IMG/VR virus record: IMGVR_UViG_3300045988_160359
Coordinates: 53,570-117,569 of that record
From: a virus
Reading direction: 5' to 3' (one strand)
DNA: 64,000 nt
The notes beneath the pieces are model-generated. The model was not told where the DNA came from. It ran no database searches and saw only the letters and a program-made list of their open reading frames with translations. Positions 27,902 through 39,600 of this stretch are shown here, piece after piece. The stretch's first letter is position 1. The number at the start of each line of letters is the position of its first letter. A program made the translations under genes and the position numbers.

Positions 27902-29569
27902 ATGCTTAAAAAAGGCGATATAATTACTCTTGACTTAGGTGATGGATATGGTAATAGAAAATATCGTATTTTAAAAATAGATGGCCCTATAGCTGAAGTT
28001 TTAGGTTTATTTGATTTAAATTATGGACAAGTAATACCTTACACTAAAGATGTATCTCACACAATTACAATTGGTAATATTACTTTCCAAAATTATAATA
28101 ACAATGAAATTGATCAATTTATAAATAATGAATGGTATAATGATCATTTATCCAATAAAGCAAAATCAGCAATTTAGCCATAGTTATTTAATCAAGATGT
28201 TTGGTATTTTACTATTAACGGTTATTTACACAATGGTTCTCCTAAATATAATGGCGTTTATAGTAATGGTAGTTATCAAATTAGTAATGCTGGTATATTT
28301 TCTACTATTGGACCTAAATATATTCGCATCCCAGGAGTCCAAGATATTTTAGATTATTTTGCAGATAAAGATTTAAGAGTCGATCCTGAGGGTATATTTT
28401 CTAGTAAAAATATTTGGAAAATGTTTTGGGATCAAGATAAGGGCAACTCTGAAATGATGTGGCTGTCTTCTAGTTCTGCCAATGATTCTACAAAAGTTGG
28501 ATTTATTGATGGTTCTACTGGATTAGTAAGTATGCAAGGAACTGCTACTTATATAGGTACAGTTCATCCAATATTTACTATTGATTTAACTCAATTTTTA
28601 CCTTTAGAATTTAAACAGTATATTTCTCCTTATACAAATACAGTTATTTTACAAGATGATGCATTAAATTTATTAATGCGTATGACAAAATGTTATCCTA
28701 TTGCGGGAGATGGTACTGGTATTACTTTGGTTCCTACTCCAGATGATTAGCATATTCAAATATAGAATGCTATAAAAATTTATTCAGTCTTAAGTGATGG
28801 AACGGCTGAAGAAAAAGAAAAGCATCCAGGATGTATTTGCATTTGGGATACTTCAGCTAGCAAAAATAATAAACAATATATTTAGGCTGGTTCATTATTA
28901 GATTTTTATACAAGTGAATTATCATCTGGCCTTAAAGGAAAAGACATAAAAGCTAATCAATATGGCTCTTTTATTCTTATTAAAAATAAAGATTATAAAA
29001 ATCCTATTGTAGTTCCTATTAAAGGATTTGACAGCCAAGGAAATTTAATTTTACCAGGAAAAAAAATTCAATCTGCTATAATTGAATCTACTGGAGCTAT
29101 TACGGCCACTGGTAATATTACTTCAAGTGCTATTATCACAGGGAAAAAAGTGCGTGGTGCAGTATTTAATGATTATGCTGAGTATAGAGAATCTTATATT
29201 AAAGAGCCTGGCCGTTGTGTAATTGAAACTGGTTATGGAGATTTAGAATTGTCAACTAAACGTTTACAATTGGGCGGCAATATTATTTCAGATACATTTG
29301 GTTTCTCTATTGGCGAAACAGATAAAGCACAAACTCCTATTGCTGTTTGTGGTAGAGTATTAGCTTATCCTGATGAAAATAAAGAATTATATAAGCCAGG
29401 AGCGGCTGTGTGCAGTGGTCCAAATGGAACTGTGTCATTAATGACTCGTGAAGAAATTAAAGAATGGCCTGATGCAATAATTGGGTATGTAAGTGAAATT
29501 CCTTATTATGATACTTGGGGAACTGATAATATTAAAATAAATAATAGAATTTGGATTAAAATAAAATAA
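27902..29569 (+). CDS. Tail fibre-like protein (555 aa) with a conserved C-terminal module shared with the 33640-40170 fibre
   Basis: RBS aggaaaggag is followed by ATG 27902. The frame-2 fragments 27866, 28421 and 29150 fuse via TAG. The C-terminal 135 aa (NDYAEYRE...DTFGFSIGETDKAQTPIAVCGRVLAYP...CSGPNGTVS...RIWIKIK) is about 55% identical to 39760-40170. The gene stops at TAA 29567-29569. Confidence 0.7.
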
Positions 29570-29612
29570 AAAAAAATAGCAGATAACTGAAATGTTATCT
29601 GCTATTTTTTAT
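29570..29612. terminator. Bidirectional rho-independent terminator (A9, then atagcagataac-tgaaat-gttatctgctat, then T6)
   Basis: A perfect 12-bp stem is flanked by an A-run and a T-run. It lies at the convergence of the + gene ending at 29569 and the - gene ending at 29705. Confidence 0.85.
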
Positions 29613-29704
29613 AATTCAGTTGATATATTTTTAAAATAACTAATTTGATTATTTATATCATATACCCCTGAAACAATAATTCTTTTTAATGTAAAATTAT
29701 CATT

Positions 29705-30919
29705 TAAATTAGTATAGTCATTAGGAATAAGTGCCTCAAAATTTACATAATAATAATCAATATCTTTATCATATATATGTTGTCCTACATTAATTATTGA
29801 CCAAATTGTATCTTTAAATTTTATTTTATTAAATTTTATATTATCAAAATAATTTATTGCAATTAAATATAATAAATTTGCTGGTGTTTCACGGTGATTA
29901 ATAGTAAAAGTAGAAGTATTTACATCTCCAAAATACTAATAATTACCTGTCCAAACTTGAGGCATTGTATCCATATTAACATAAATTACTTTATTATTAT
30001 CATATTCCCATTTTGTTACTACAGTATTATGAGTATTTTCAAAATATATGGCAAAAGGTATTGTTATTGGTAGTGTTATTTTATTAAAATTTAAAAGAAA
30101 AGCATAATATAATGTTGTATTATTTTTTGCTGTCTCAAATTCTGTTGCATTTTGGATAGTATGATTGTCATCTGTAAAATAAAGAGAATAATATCCTTTA
30201 CTAAGCCAAATATAAAAAATTGAATTTATTTCTAAAGCATTTACTTCTTCTGTTGAAAGTTTAACTAATTCAGACCCAGAGCGTTTATATATTCTATCCT
30301 CATAATTTTCTTTATAATAAGTTAATTCTTCTACAGTTTTACAATTTATATCAATGAAATCAGTATCTGCTTTAGTAAAATAATAAACATTTTCATTATA
30401 ACTTTGTTTAGGGTCTACGGGATAAAAATTCGTTTCTTGACTGGTAATATAAACAATATTATCATAATTAGAATTATTAAAATACTGTTGAACTTCTTCC
30501 AAAGCTAAATAACGATATTTACCTAAATTTTCATTCTGTAAATTAAACAAAGCTGTTTTTAAATTTAAATTTAATTCTGCAATTTCTTGAGCAGTAGGTA
30601 ATGGTAATGAATCTTTTAGATTATTTTCAATTGATTCAATTTTATTGGCATTTATACCTGTTGTGGTAATAAGAGTGCCAATATCACTTTTATTAGAGTT
30701 TATTCTGTCATTTAATTTTTCTTGCTAAGTTGATAAATTATCAATAGTATTTTTAAGAGTTTCTAATGATTCAACAGTTTGCTATAAATTTGCTATTTTA
30801 TTCTATAAGTCAATAATATCCTAAGCATTGATATCATCAAAATTTAAATTATTAATTTTATTTAAAATTTCTTGCCACAAAGCTTTAATGCTTTCATCGG
30901 TCCAATAATAATTATTCAT
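29705..30919 (-). CDS. Coiled-coil protein (404 aa) on the opposite strand inside the structural block; TAG-recoded
   Basis: Reverse-strand RBS ggagg is followed by ATG (cat at 30917-30919). ORF 29936..30550 ends in TAG, not a true stop. Reading continues through 5 TAG codons in total to TAA (tta at 29705-29707). Confidence 0.6.
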
Positions 30920-31000
30920 ATTATATTTCCTCCATTCTCTTTATAAAAATAAAAAATATAAATAAAAAATTATTTATATCTGTCCAATTTTAATTATAAT

Positions 31001-31029
31001 TTGACATTTATAATTTTTTATGGTATACT
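31001..31029 (+). promoter_or_regulatory. Sigma70-like promoter (TTGACA, 17 bp, TATACT) for the radical-SAM cassette
   Basis: The -35 TTGACA is at 31001-31006, a 17-bp spacer follows, and the -10 TATACT is at 31024-31029. The RBS aaaggaga and ATG 31056 lie downstream. Confidence 0.55.
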
Positions 31030-31055
31030 TAAATTATATGAAAGGAGATTTGCGA

Positions 31056-31832
31056 ATGGCAGCAACTGATTTTTCTTCTTTATTTGCTGGAGAAAAAATA
31101 AAAAAAGCAGATTTAATTTAGTTAAAACAAGAAATACGTGAAATGATATTAAAACGTATGTATAATATTAATATTTCACAATATGGTTCTAGTTTATATG
31201 ATTATACTGATTCTTAGAAAGATTTAACACTTCAAGATGAAGAGATTATTAATGATTATTTTAATAAGATTTTAGAGCCTATGCAAGCCATTAATCCTAC
31301 TAAATTAGGATTTAACGAAAAATATGATGCCACCTCTAAAAAAACAACTCTTTTCAAATAGGATGAAGCTATTCCAAATTTAAAAGAATTAATTTCATTT
31401 TTTTAGATTTGCCAAGCTGAAAAAAATCAAAATAAATTAGATATTAGTAAGAGTAATTGTTTAAATCAATGTACTGGCATGTGCGTTAACTTATGTGCTA
31501 CTGGATGTACTGCACGTTGTGCTAGTAGTTGTTCTGGAGACTGTGAAGGTCGAACTTGCCAAAGTGGTTGTGATGCAGGTTCAGGAGGCTCCACTCCAAA
31601 CCCTGATCCTACACCACCCCCTAGTGGAGGAGGCGGCGGTGGGTGTCCTTGTACTGGAAATTGCACGGGAAGCTGTAATATTGCTTGCACAACTACTTGT
31701 CACGGTGGATGCCGTGGAGGATGCTCTGGGTATGCTTGCAGAAATGATTGTAATAACACATGCTCTGGCAACTGTGGTCGTAGCACTTGTACGGATATAT
31801 GTAATGGTGGTACATAGGGCTCTATGCATTAA
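31056..31832 (+). CDS. Cys/Gly-rich protein (258 aa): N-terminal ~150-aa domain plus a C-terminal ~110 aa with ~32 Cys in C-x3-C/CxxC repeats; candidate radical-SAM substrate/precursor
   Basis: Frame 0 was verified open from ATG 31056 through 4 TAG codons into the GC-rich segment 31466-31830 (CTGMCVNLCATGCTARCASSCSGDCEGRTCQSGCDAG...GGGGGGCPCTGNCTGSCNIACTTTCHGGCRGGCSGYACRNDCNNTCSGNCGRSTCTDICNGG). The gene stops at TAA 31830-31832. Confidence 0.7.
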
Positions 31833-31865
31833 TATAAAAAAGAGTAAAAGGAGATTTTATTATAA

Positions 31866-32144
31866 ATGATTAAAAAAGTTCAAATTCCTCAAGAAATTAT
31901 TTTAGAGGTTCAACGATTATGGTTTGAATATCAATCTAATTTAAATATTTTAGGTTATTTAATGACTTAGAATGATATTAATAAAGAATTATTAGCAGAA
32001 TATAATTAGGATACTAAAATTCGATTTACTGAATGTGAAATGTATAAACAAAAAATAGCAGATTTATATAACCCCTTTGATTTTAATTGTCAATATATTT
32101 TTGATTTTGATAATAGTTTAATTCAATATAATAAAAATGATTAA
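31866..32144 (+). CDS. Small protein (92 aa) between the Cys-rich gene and the rSAM gene; possible PqqD-like recognition/chaperone partner (speculative)
   Basis: RBS aaaggag is followed by ATG 31866. The gene has 2 TAG and its TAA at 32142-32144 overlaps the rSAM ATG 32137 by 8 nt. Confidence 0.5.
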
Positions 32145-33495
32145 AAGAAATAAAATTCAAGAACATTCAGAAATAATTCATAATTTATATAAAGAGTTAT
32201 ATCCTAACGCTAATAATATTTTATGTCCTTCAATTACATTTCAAGTAACGGACGATTGTTGTTGTAACTGTAGCTATTGTTATCAAGGAAATAAAAATAA
32301 ACATTATATGACTCCTGAAACTGCTATACAAATTGTTGATTATTTATTTGATCTATATGAGAAAAATGATATTAATAATTTGATTAATAAAAATACAGCA
32401 GGTATTATATTAGAATTTATTGGTGGAGAACCATTGATGAATATTGATGCTATTGATGCGGCTTGTACTCATTTTTTAAATTATTGTTTAATTCATAATC
32501 ATCCTTGGCTACGAACTTTTAGAATTTCAATGATCTCTAATGGAAAATATTATTTTGATTCAAAAGTTCAAGATTTTTTAAAACGTTTTCATAATTTTAT
32601 TTCTTTTGGTATTACTTTAGATGGCCCAGAAGATATACACGACAAATGTCGTAAATATTTTGATGGAACAGGTAATTTTAAAGATGCTTTTGCAGCATTA
32701 AAATACCATAATCAGCATTATAATTAGATTAGAACCACCAAAGTCACTATTGCTCCAGAAAATTTATTAGAGATAAATAAATTAATTGATTTCTTTATAA
32801 ATGAAGCTGGCGCTACTGATATTTTTATGAATCCTGTATTTGAAGCAGAGTGGACTAATGAAGAAGCTTCTATTTATTATTAGGAATTAAAAAAAATAGC
32901 AGATAAAATGTTAAATGTTAATCAATCAAATGAATTAATTAATAATATAGTATTTGCTGATAATATTGGATACCCATTAGAGGATACTGATACTTTAAAT
33001 TGGTGCGGTGGTACTGGCGCAATGATGAGTTTTGATTATAAAGGGAAAATTTACCCTTGTATTCGATATATGGAATCATCATTGGGGAAAGAAAGAGAGC
33101 CTATTATAATTGGTTCTATTAATACAAATGATAATAATGAAAAATATTTAAAGAATTTAGAAAATTTAAAAAAAATTACTCGACAATCTCAATCTACAGA
33201 AGAATGCTTAACTTGTCCAATTGCTGCTGGATGCGCTTGGTGTTCTGGGTGGAATTATTAGTTATACGGCACACCCAATAAACGCTGTACTTATATTTGC
33301 CCAATGCATAAAGCTCGTGTCTTAGCAAATGTTTATTATTGGAACAAGCTTTATAAGATTAAAAATCAAGATAAAGTATTTGAGTTAAATCTTCCAAAAG
33401 AAGAGTGTTTAAAATTTATTAATGAAAATGAATATAATATGTTGTTAGAATTAATTCAAAAATAGAAGGACAAAATAAATCAAATAGATAATTAA
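32137..33495 (+). CDS. Radical SAM / SPASM-domain enzyme, anSME (anaerobic sulfatase-maturating enzyme) family peptide-modifying maturase
   Basis: It has the CxxxCxxC motif (DDCCCNCSYCY), GGEPL, SNG, the LDGPEDIHDKCRK motif (compare anSME LSMDGPKEIHNLNRK), and a C-terminal SPASM cysteine array (CGGTGAMMSFDYKGKIYPC ... ECLTCPIAAGCAWCSGW ... CTYICPMH). ORFs 32137..32727 and 32908..33261 are joined through TAG in frame 1 (lines checked). The gene stops at TAA 33493-33495. Confidence 0.8.
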
Positions 33496-33558
33496 CTCTT
33501 TCAAAAATATATATGAAAGAGTAAGATACCTTTCAAAATATTATAATTTTATTTATTT

Positions 33559-33608
33559 TTATGGGAAAGTCTTACTATAGGCTTTCCCATTTTATTTTTT
33601 TTATTTTT
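33559..33608 (+). terminator. Rho-independent terminator (atgggaaag-12 nt loop-ctttcccat followed by T-rich tract)
   Basis: A 9-bp perfect stem at 33561-33569 and 33582-33590 is followed by tttattttttttatttt. Confidence 0.8.
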
Positions 33609-33639
33609 AAACTTTTTTTCAGAGAAGGGAGTTTAGTTA

Positions 33640-36600
33640 ATGGCTTTATTTAAAATTAATAAAGGTTTAGCAACAAACTTAGCAAAGAATATGCCTTATG
33701 CCAAAGAAGGCTTTGCATATTTTACTAAAGATGATGGTAAATTTTACATTGATATTGATGGTGATGGTACTACTACTAAAGCTGAAATTAATGTCAATCG
33801 TATACCATTAAATGCTGCTAAAGCTGATATAGCTACAATGATTCAAGCTACAGCAATGGCAACTGATGATAGTAAAGTATATCCTATTTTAGCATTTAAT
33901 ATAACTGATTCTACTAAGAATTTAGTTGAAGCTAAATATAGTCAAATTGGTATTAAAAATGGCACTCTTGTTATTCCAAGCGTTGAAGATAAAGATGAAA
34001 TCCTTATTTCTAATGAGGGTCTTGGTCGTGGTATTGTTATTGATAATAAAGGTACTAACAATGCTATTGAAATTCTTAATGGTAAAGGTATTAAAGTTGC
34101 ACAAGATCCAACTGAAAATTTAGAATTAACTACTAAATAGTATGTTGATAATAAATTAGCTAATAAATCAAATACCGGACATAATCATGATGCAACCTAT
34201 AAAAAAATTCAAACAGCAGTACCTAGTCCTAAAGCATCTAATACAGATATTTCATTTATTGATACAGTATCATAGGATACTTAGGGTAAAATTACTGCTA
34301 CTAAAAAAACAGTAAGAGATGCTTCAGCTAGTCAATCTGGTGTTGTATCTACTGGGACTCAAACATTTGCCGGAGAAAAAACATTAAATAATAAAACTCA
34401 TTTTTCTAAAGGCTTTGATCTAAAAACTGATAGCGGAAATGCTTAGTTTAACGCTAATACTGTAAGTGTTAGCAGTGGTACTGATTATGTTGATTTATAT
34501 GCCTCTACTATTGGAGGTGGAAATGGCAATAAGGCTAGACCATTAGTATTAAATGCTAATGCAAATGGTTCTGGTAATGTAGGTATTGGAATTACTTAGC
34601 CAACAGAGAAATTAGAGGTAGATGGCAATGTTAAAGCTATTTAGTTTAAAGGTAATGCTGATACAGCTGATAAATGGAAAACGATTAGAAAACTAACAAT
34701 TGGTTCCACGGGAAAAGATGTTGATGGTAGTGCTGATGTTAACTGGTCATTAGATGAAATTGGTGCAGCTGCAAAAAAACATACCCATACTAAATCAGAT
34801 ATTACAGATTTTGCTCATGCTCATGATGACAGATATTATACTGAAAATGAGATAAATGATAAATTAAAAGCGATTAATGATAAAATTGGGGCGTTATTAG
34901 GAGCTAATGATGCCTTAGTATTTAAAGGTACTATTGACGGAAAAAATCCCTTACCTACTGCTAATTATGAAGTAGGTCATACATATAGAGTTAATGAAGC
35001 TGGTACATATGCAGGTTAGAAATGTGAACAAGGCGATTTAATTATTTGTATTGCTGATGCATTATCTACAAGCACGCCTCATTGGACTGTCGCACAAACA
35101 AATATCGATGGGGCAGTAATTGGACCTGTTAATGCTACTGGTGATAATATTGTTTTATTTAATGGAGCTACTGGTAAATCAATAAAAGACAGTGGTAAAA
35201 AATTAAGTGATTTTGCTCCAAGTAAACACGATCACATTATTACAGCAACTGCTAAAAATGATGGTGTTGTAGTATTAACAGGAACAAGTGGCACTAATGC
35301 CGTTACTTATGAGGCTACTCATGCAAAGAAGGGGCCAAACACTGCTGCTAATACAGTAAAAGGTCCTGCTGAAGATGTATCAATTAGTGGAGCGGGTAAA
35401 TCAGGTTCAATTGTAATTCCAAAAGTAACTGTAGATGCATATGGTCATACTACTGGATTAACTGAATAGACATTAACAATTACTCTTCCTAATGATACTC
35501 ATCATCAAAGTAGTACAGTTATTACAGATAATACAGCAGGGACAACAAATAAAGCCTCGGAAAATGGTAAGACTTATTTAAATCATATTGAAAACGGTGT
35601 AGTTCGTAGTACTCATAAAATAGTAGGGGCTGGTAGTACAAAAGTTTCAAGTGATGATGATGGAGTTCTTACGATTACATCTAAAGACACTGTTTATAGT
35701 CATCCTACCACTCCTGGTAATATACATTTACCAGCGGGAGGAAAAGTAGGCGATGTATTATTATGTGCTGGTGATAATACTGGAGCTGGTAAATGGGGTA
35801 TCGATCCTAATATTAAAACTGCCATTGATAATTTGGACGTTGATGAAACCGGTGGCGAGGGTAAATATATTCAGGCGATTAAACAAGTTGATGGTAAAAT
35901 CGTTGCTACAGCCGAAACAATTGATACTACCTTAAGTGCTTCAAGTACCAAACCAGTTTAGAATAAAACAGTAAATGATGCTCTAAGTAAAAAAGTTAAT
36001 ACTACTACATTTAATTCTCATACAGGTAATATGACTATGCATATTACGGATGATGAGCGTATTAAGTGGGATGCTGCATATACACATTCTCAATCAACAC
36101 ATGCTCCTGCAAATGCTGAAAAGAACCAAAATGCATTTAGTAATATTCAATTAAATTCTGATACAAAAAATATTATTAAAGCAGATAATGCCACTGATAC
36201 TATGATACTAAAAAGTGGCGATAATATTTAGATTACTGGTGATATTGAGACTGATACAATTATTATTAGTGCTACAGATACGAAATATAGTAATGCCTCT
36301 ACTGAGTCTTCTGGATTAATGTCTGCGCAAGATAAGAAAAAGTTAGATGGTATTGCATTAAATGCTAATAATTATTCGCATCCAACAACTGCTAAGCATG
36401 AGGCAGCAGCAGTTAAAGTAGGAAATGATGAACATGGTCATGTAGTTTTAGGTAGTGTTCTTACTAAGAGTGATGTAGGTTTAAGTAAGGTTGGTAATTT
36501 CTTAGCTGTTTCTACTGTAGCTGATCAAAATTTAACTGAGGATTAGAAGTCTAATGCTAGAGCGAATATTGGTGCTGGCACTAGTTCTCTTACTATTGGT

Positions 36601-39600
36601 AAAGGTGAAAATGATGCAGCGGCGGGTAATCATACTCATAATTATGCTGGCTCAGCTAGGGCCGGCGGTCCAGCAAATTCAACTAAGGGTACATTAACAT
36701 TAAAAGCTGGAAAGAATACATAGACATTTAATGGTAGTGAAGATAAAATATTTACAATTACTGCTAGCGATTTAGGATTATCTACAGCAATGCATTTTAT
36801 TGGTATTGCCACTAAAGGTCCAATTGCAGATAATTTTGATCCAGGTATTGCTAATTATGGTTTTACTAATGCTCAAACTGGTGATGTTATTATTTCTAAA
36901 GATGGAGATCAAGAATATGTTTTAATTATTAAAACAGATGCTAATAATAATCCAGTATACCATTGGGAATTACTTGGTCCAAATGGAAGTTATGCAATAT
37001 CTGACCATAAACATTCTAGCGCAGATATAAATTCAATGACCGGATATGCTAAAGGCACGGCAAAGGCACCTATTACAATTAATGATACTCTTAACACAGC
37101 AATTGGAAAATTAGAGTATAAAGTAGACAATAAAGTTGATTAGACCGCTGACAAGGGTTTATCAACTAATGATTTTACTAATGCTTATAAATAGAAGTTA
37201 GATGGTATCGAAACTGGAGCTCAAAAAAATCAAAATACATTTAGTAATATAACTATTGATAAGAAAACTATTAGTGCTGATAGTGCTACTGATACATTAA
37301 CATTAGTAGCAGGAAGTAATGTAACATTAACTCCTGATGTAGATAATGATAAAATTACTATTGCTGCAACAAATACTGATACTAAAGTTACTGCGGTAGA
37401 AAATCACTATACTCCAAAAGCAGATCCAAATGCAGCTTTATCTATTGATGCTTCTAGTACTACAGCTGCCATTTGGGACACAACAAATCTAGTTACTGGT
37501 GTTAATTTACAACGTGATGCTAAAGGCCATGTAACAGGTGTTACTGTTGATTCAATTAAAATGCCTGCTAATCCTAATACTAATACTCATTATACTAGTA
37601 AAAATATAATTGGAGATTCTGCTACTGCTACAGCAAATGCGACTGCGACTAATGGCAATGTTTATTTAAATCATTTAGAAGAGAGTGTAGTAAAAAGCGC
37701 GCATAAAATTAGTGGTGCTGGTGCAACAACAGTTACATCGGATGGTTATGGTAATATTACTATTACATCTAAAAATGACAATACTTGGCAAGCAAATACT
37801 AAAGATGCTAATGGTTATGTTACTGCACCTGGTGCTGTGGCTAATAAAGTATGGAAAACTGATGAAAAAGGTAATCCTGGTTGGCGTGATGATGCAGGCA
37901 CAAATTCGGTGACCGGACCTAATTCTTCTACTGTAAATGCTGTTCCCACATTTGCTGATGCAACAGGTAAAGTCATTAAAAATAATTCAGCAGTTACTAT
38001 TAATGATACTGGATTATTTACTGCTCCTTATATTGTTACAGGCACTGATAAAACTCATTATTTTCAAAGTAGAAAATTCCGTGGTGAAGGCAATGCTGAT
38101 ACATATTATCATGCTATTGATTTTGGATATAGTGGACATAATCAAGTTGATTTTCATGAATATGGTGGAATTTGGAATTTCTATGAAAATACTAAAGGAA
38201 CTGCGGCTGATGGAAAATTAGTTGCTTCCATTAAGCCTGATGGGTTTCATGGCAATTTAAACGGTAACGCAACCAGTGCCGATAAAGTTAATAATAATTT
38301 AGTTATTAAGCTAAACAGTGGAACTACTGAAGGAACAAACCAATTTACTTATAATGGTAGTGCTACTAAAAATATTAATATAACTCCAGCTAATATTGGA
38401 GCGGCTTCAAGTTCTCATAATCATGATTCTAGTTATGTTAAAAAATCTGGAGATACCATGACTGGCGATCTTAAATTCTAGAAAACTAATAGTGATGGTA
38501 CAACTTCAATAACTGCTACTATTGGAGCTATTACAGGATATATTACTGGTACGTGGCTTCAAACAACAAATGTTGGAAATAAAGCTGGAGATTTTGCTAC
38601 TATTGATAGCTCTGGTTGGATTTATAAACGAACAGCAGCACAAGCAAGACAAGATATGGGTCTTTCAACTGCTATGCATTTTATTGGCAAAGCGACAGTT
38701 GATATTACAGACGGCAGCACAGTTGATCCTAAAATCACTGGCTATACGACTAAAACTGCCGGTGATGTAATTATTGATAAAAATAATTCATATGAATACG
38801 TTTGGACATTAGAAGGAAAATGGGAACGTTTAGGTCCAGATGGCAGCTATAGCGTAGTCGGACACACTCATGATGATAGATATTTAAAATTAACTGGCGG
38901 AACATTATCTGGTGATTTATTAATTACTGATAAAATGTATGGATTTAAAATTGGTGCTTCTTCTTCTAATATTTGGCTTGGATTAGAACGAAGTAATATG
39001 GGAGAACCCCAATATGGATTATATGACCATTTAATGGGACAATGGATTTTAGAAAGTAATGGAACTCTTGCTAAATTCCACGGCTGGTCAGATGGAGCGT
39101 TTACTGCATCAAATGATTCTGATGGCAATCCAATTTCATCTACTTATGTTAAAAAAGCCGGTGACACAATGACCGGGGATTTAACTCTTAATAAAAAATT
39201 AATAGCAAATAATCTTATAGTTTTAAAAAATGGATAGACTTATGGAACCAGCGCTCCTACCAGTGGCACAGCTGGCCAATTATTCTTTGCCCAAGATACT
39301 AGTGATTCAGATTATTTGCCATTAACAGGTGGCACATTAAGTGGTAATCTAACTCTTAATGAAAAATTATTAATTACTAATAAAATGTATGGAACTACAA
39401 AGCCTAGCAATCCAGTAGAAGGACAAATTTTCTTCCAAGAGAATGATGGTTCTTTAACATTACCTGCTGGAGGAACAGCTGGATAGTATTTAGTTAAAAA
39501 TAGTTCTAATGATAGCGATGCTAGTTGGAAGAGTTTACCTGCATTAAATTATTTACCATTATCTGGTGGTACTTTAACAGGAAATCTTACTATTTCTCGT

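Noticed and set aside
31466-31869. Three additional ORFs in other frames/strands over the GC-rich island (31466..31690-, 31495..31869+, 31581..31829-)
   Set aside because: They are open only because the GC-rich sequence lacks stops. Only frame 0 is continuous with the upstream RBS/ATG and encodes the Cys repeat pattern.
37712-38770. Alternate-frame + ORFs within the giant fibre gene (37712..37912, 37937..38221, 38522..38770), plus 35753..35935, 40724..40945, 41270..41488, 41600..41851, 11619..11804, 28128..28352, 24624..24827 and 33926..34123
   Set aside because: They are hydrophobic low-complexity translations (L/I/M/K-rich) of the wrong frame of verified genes.
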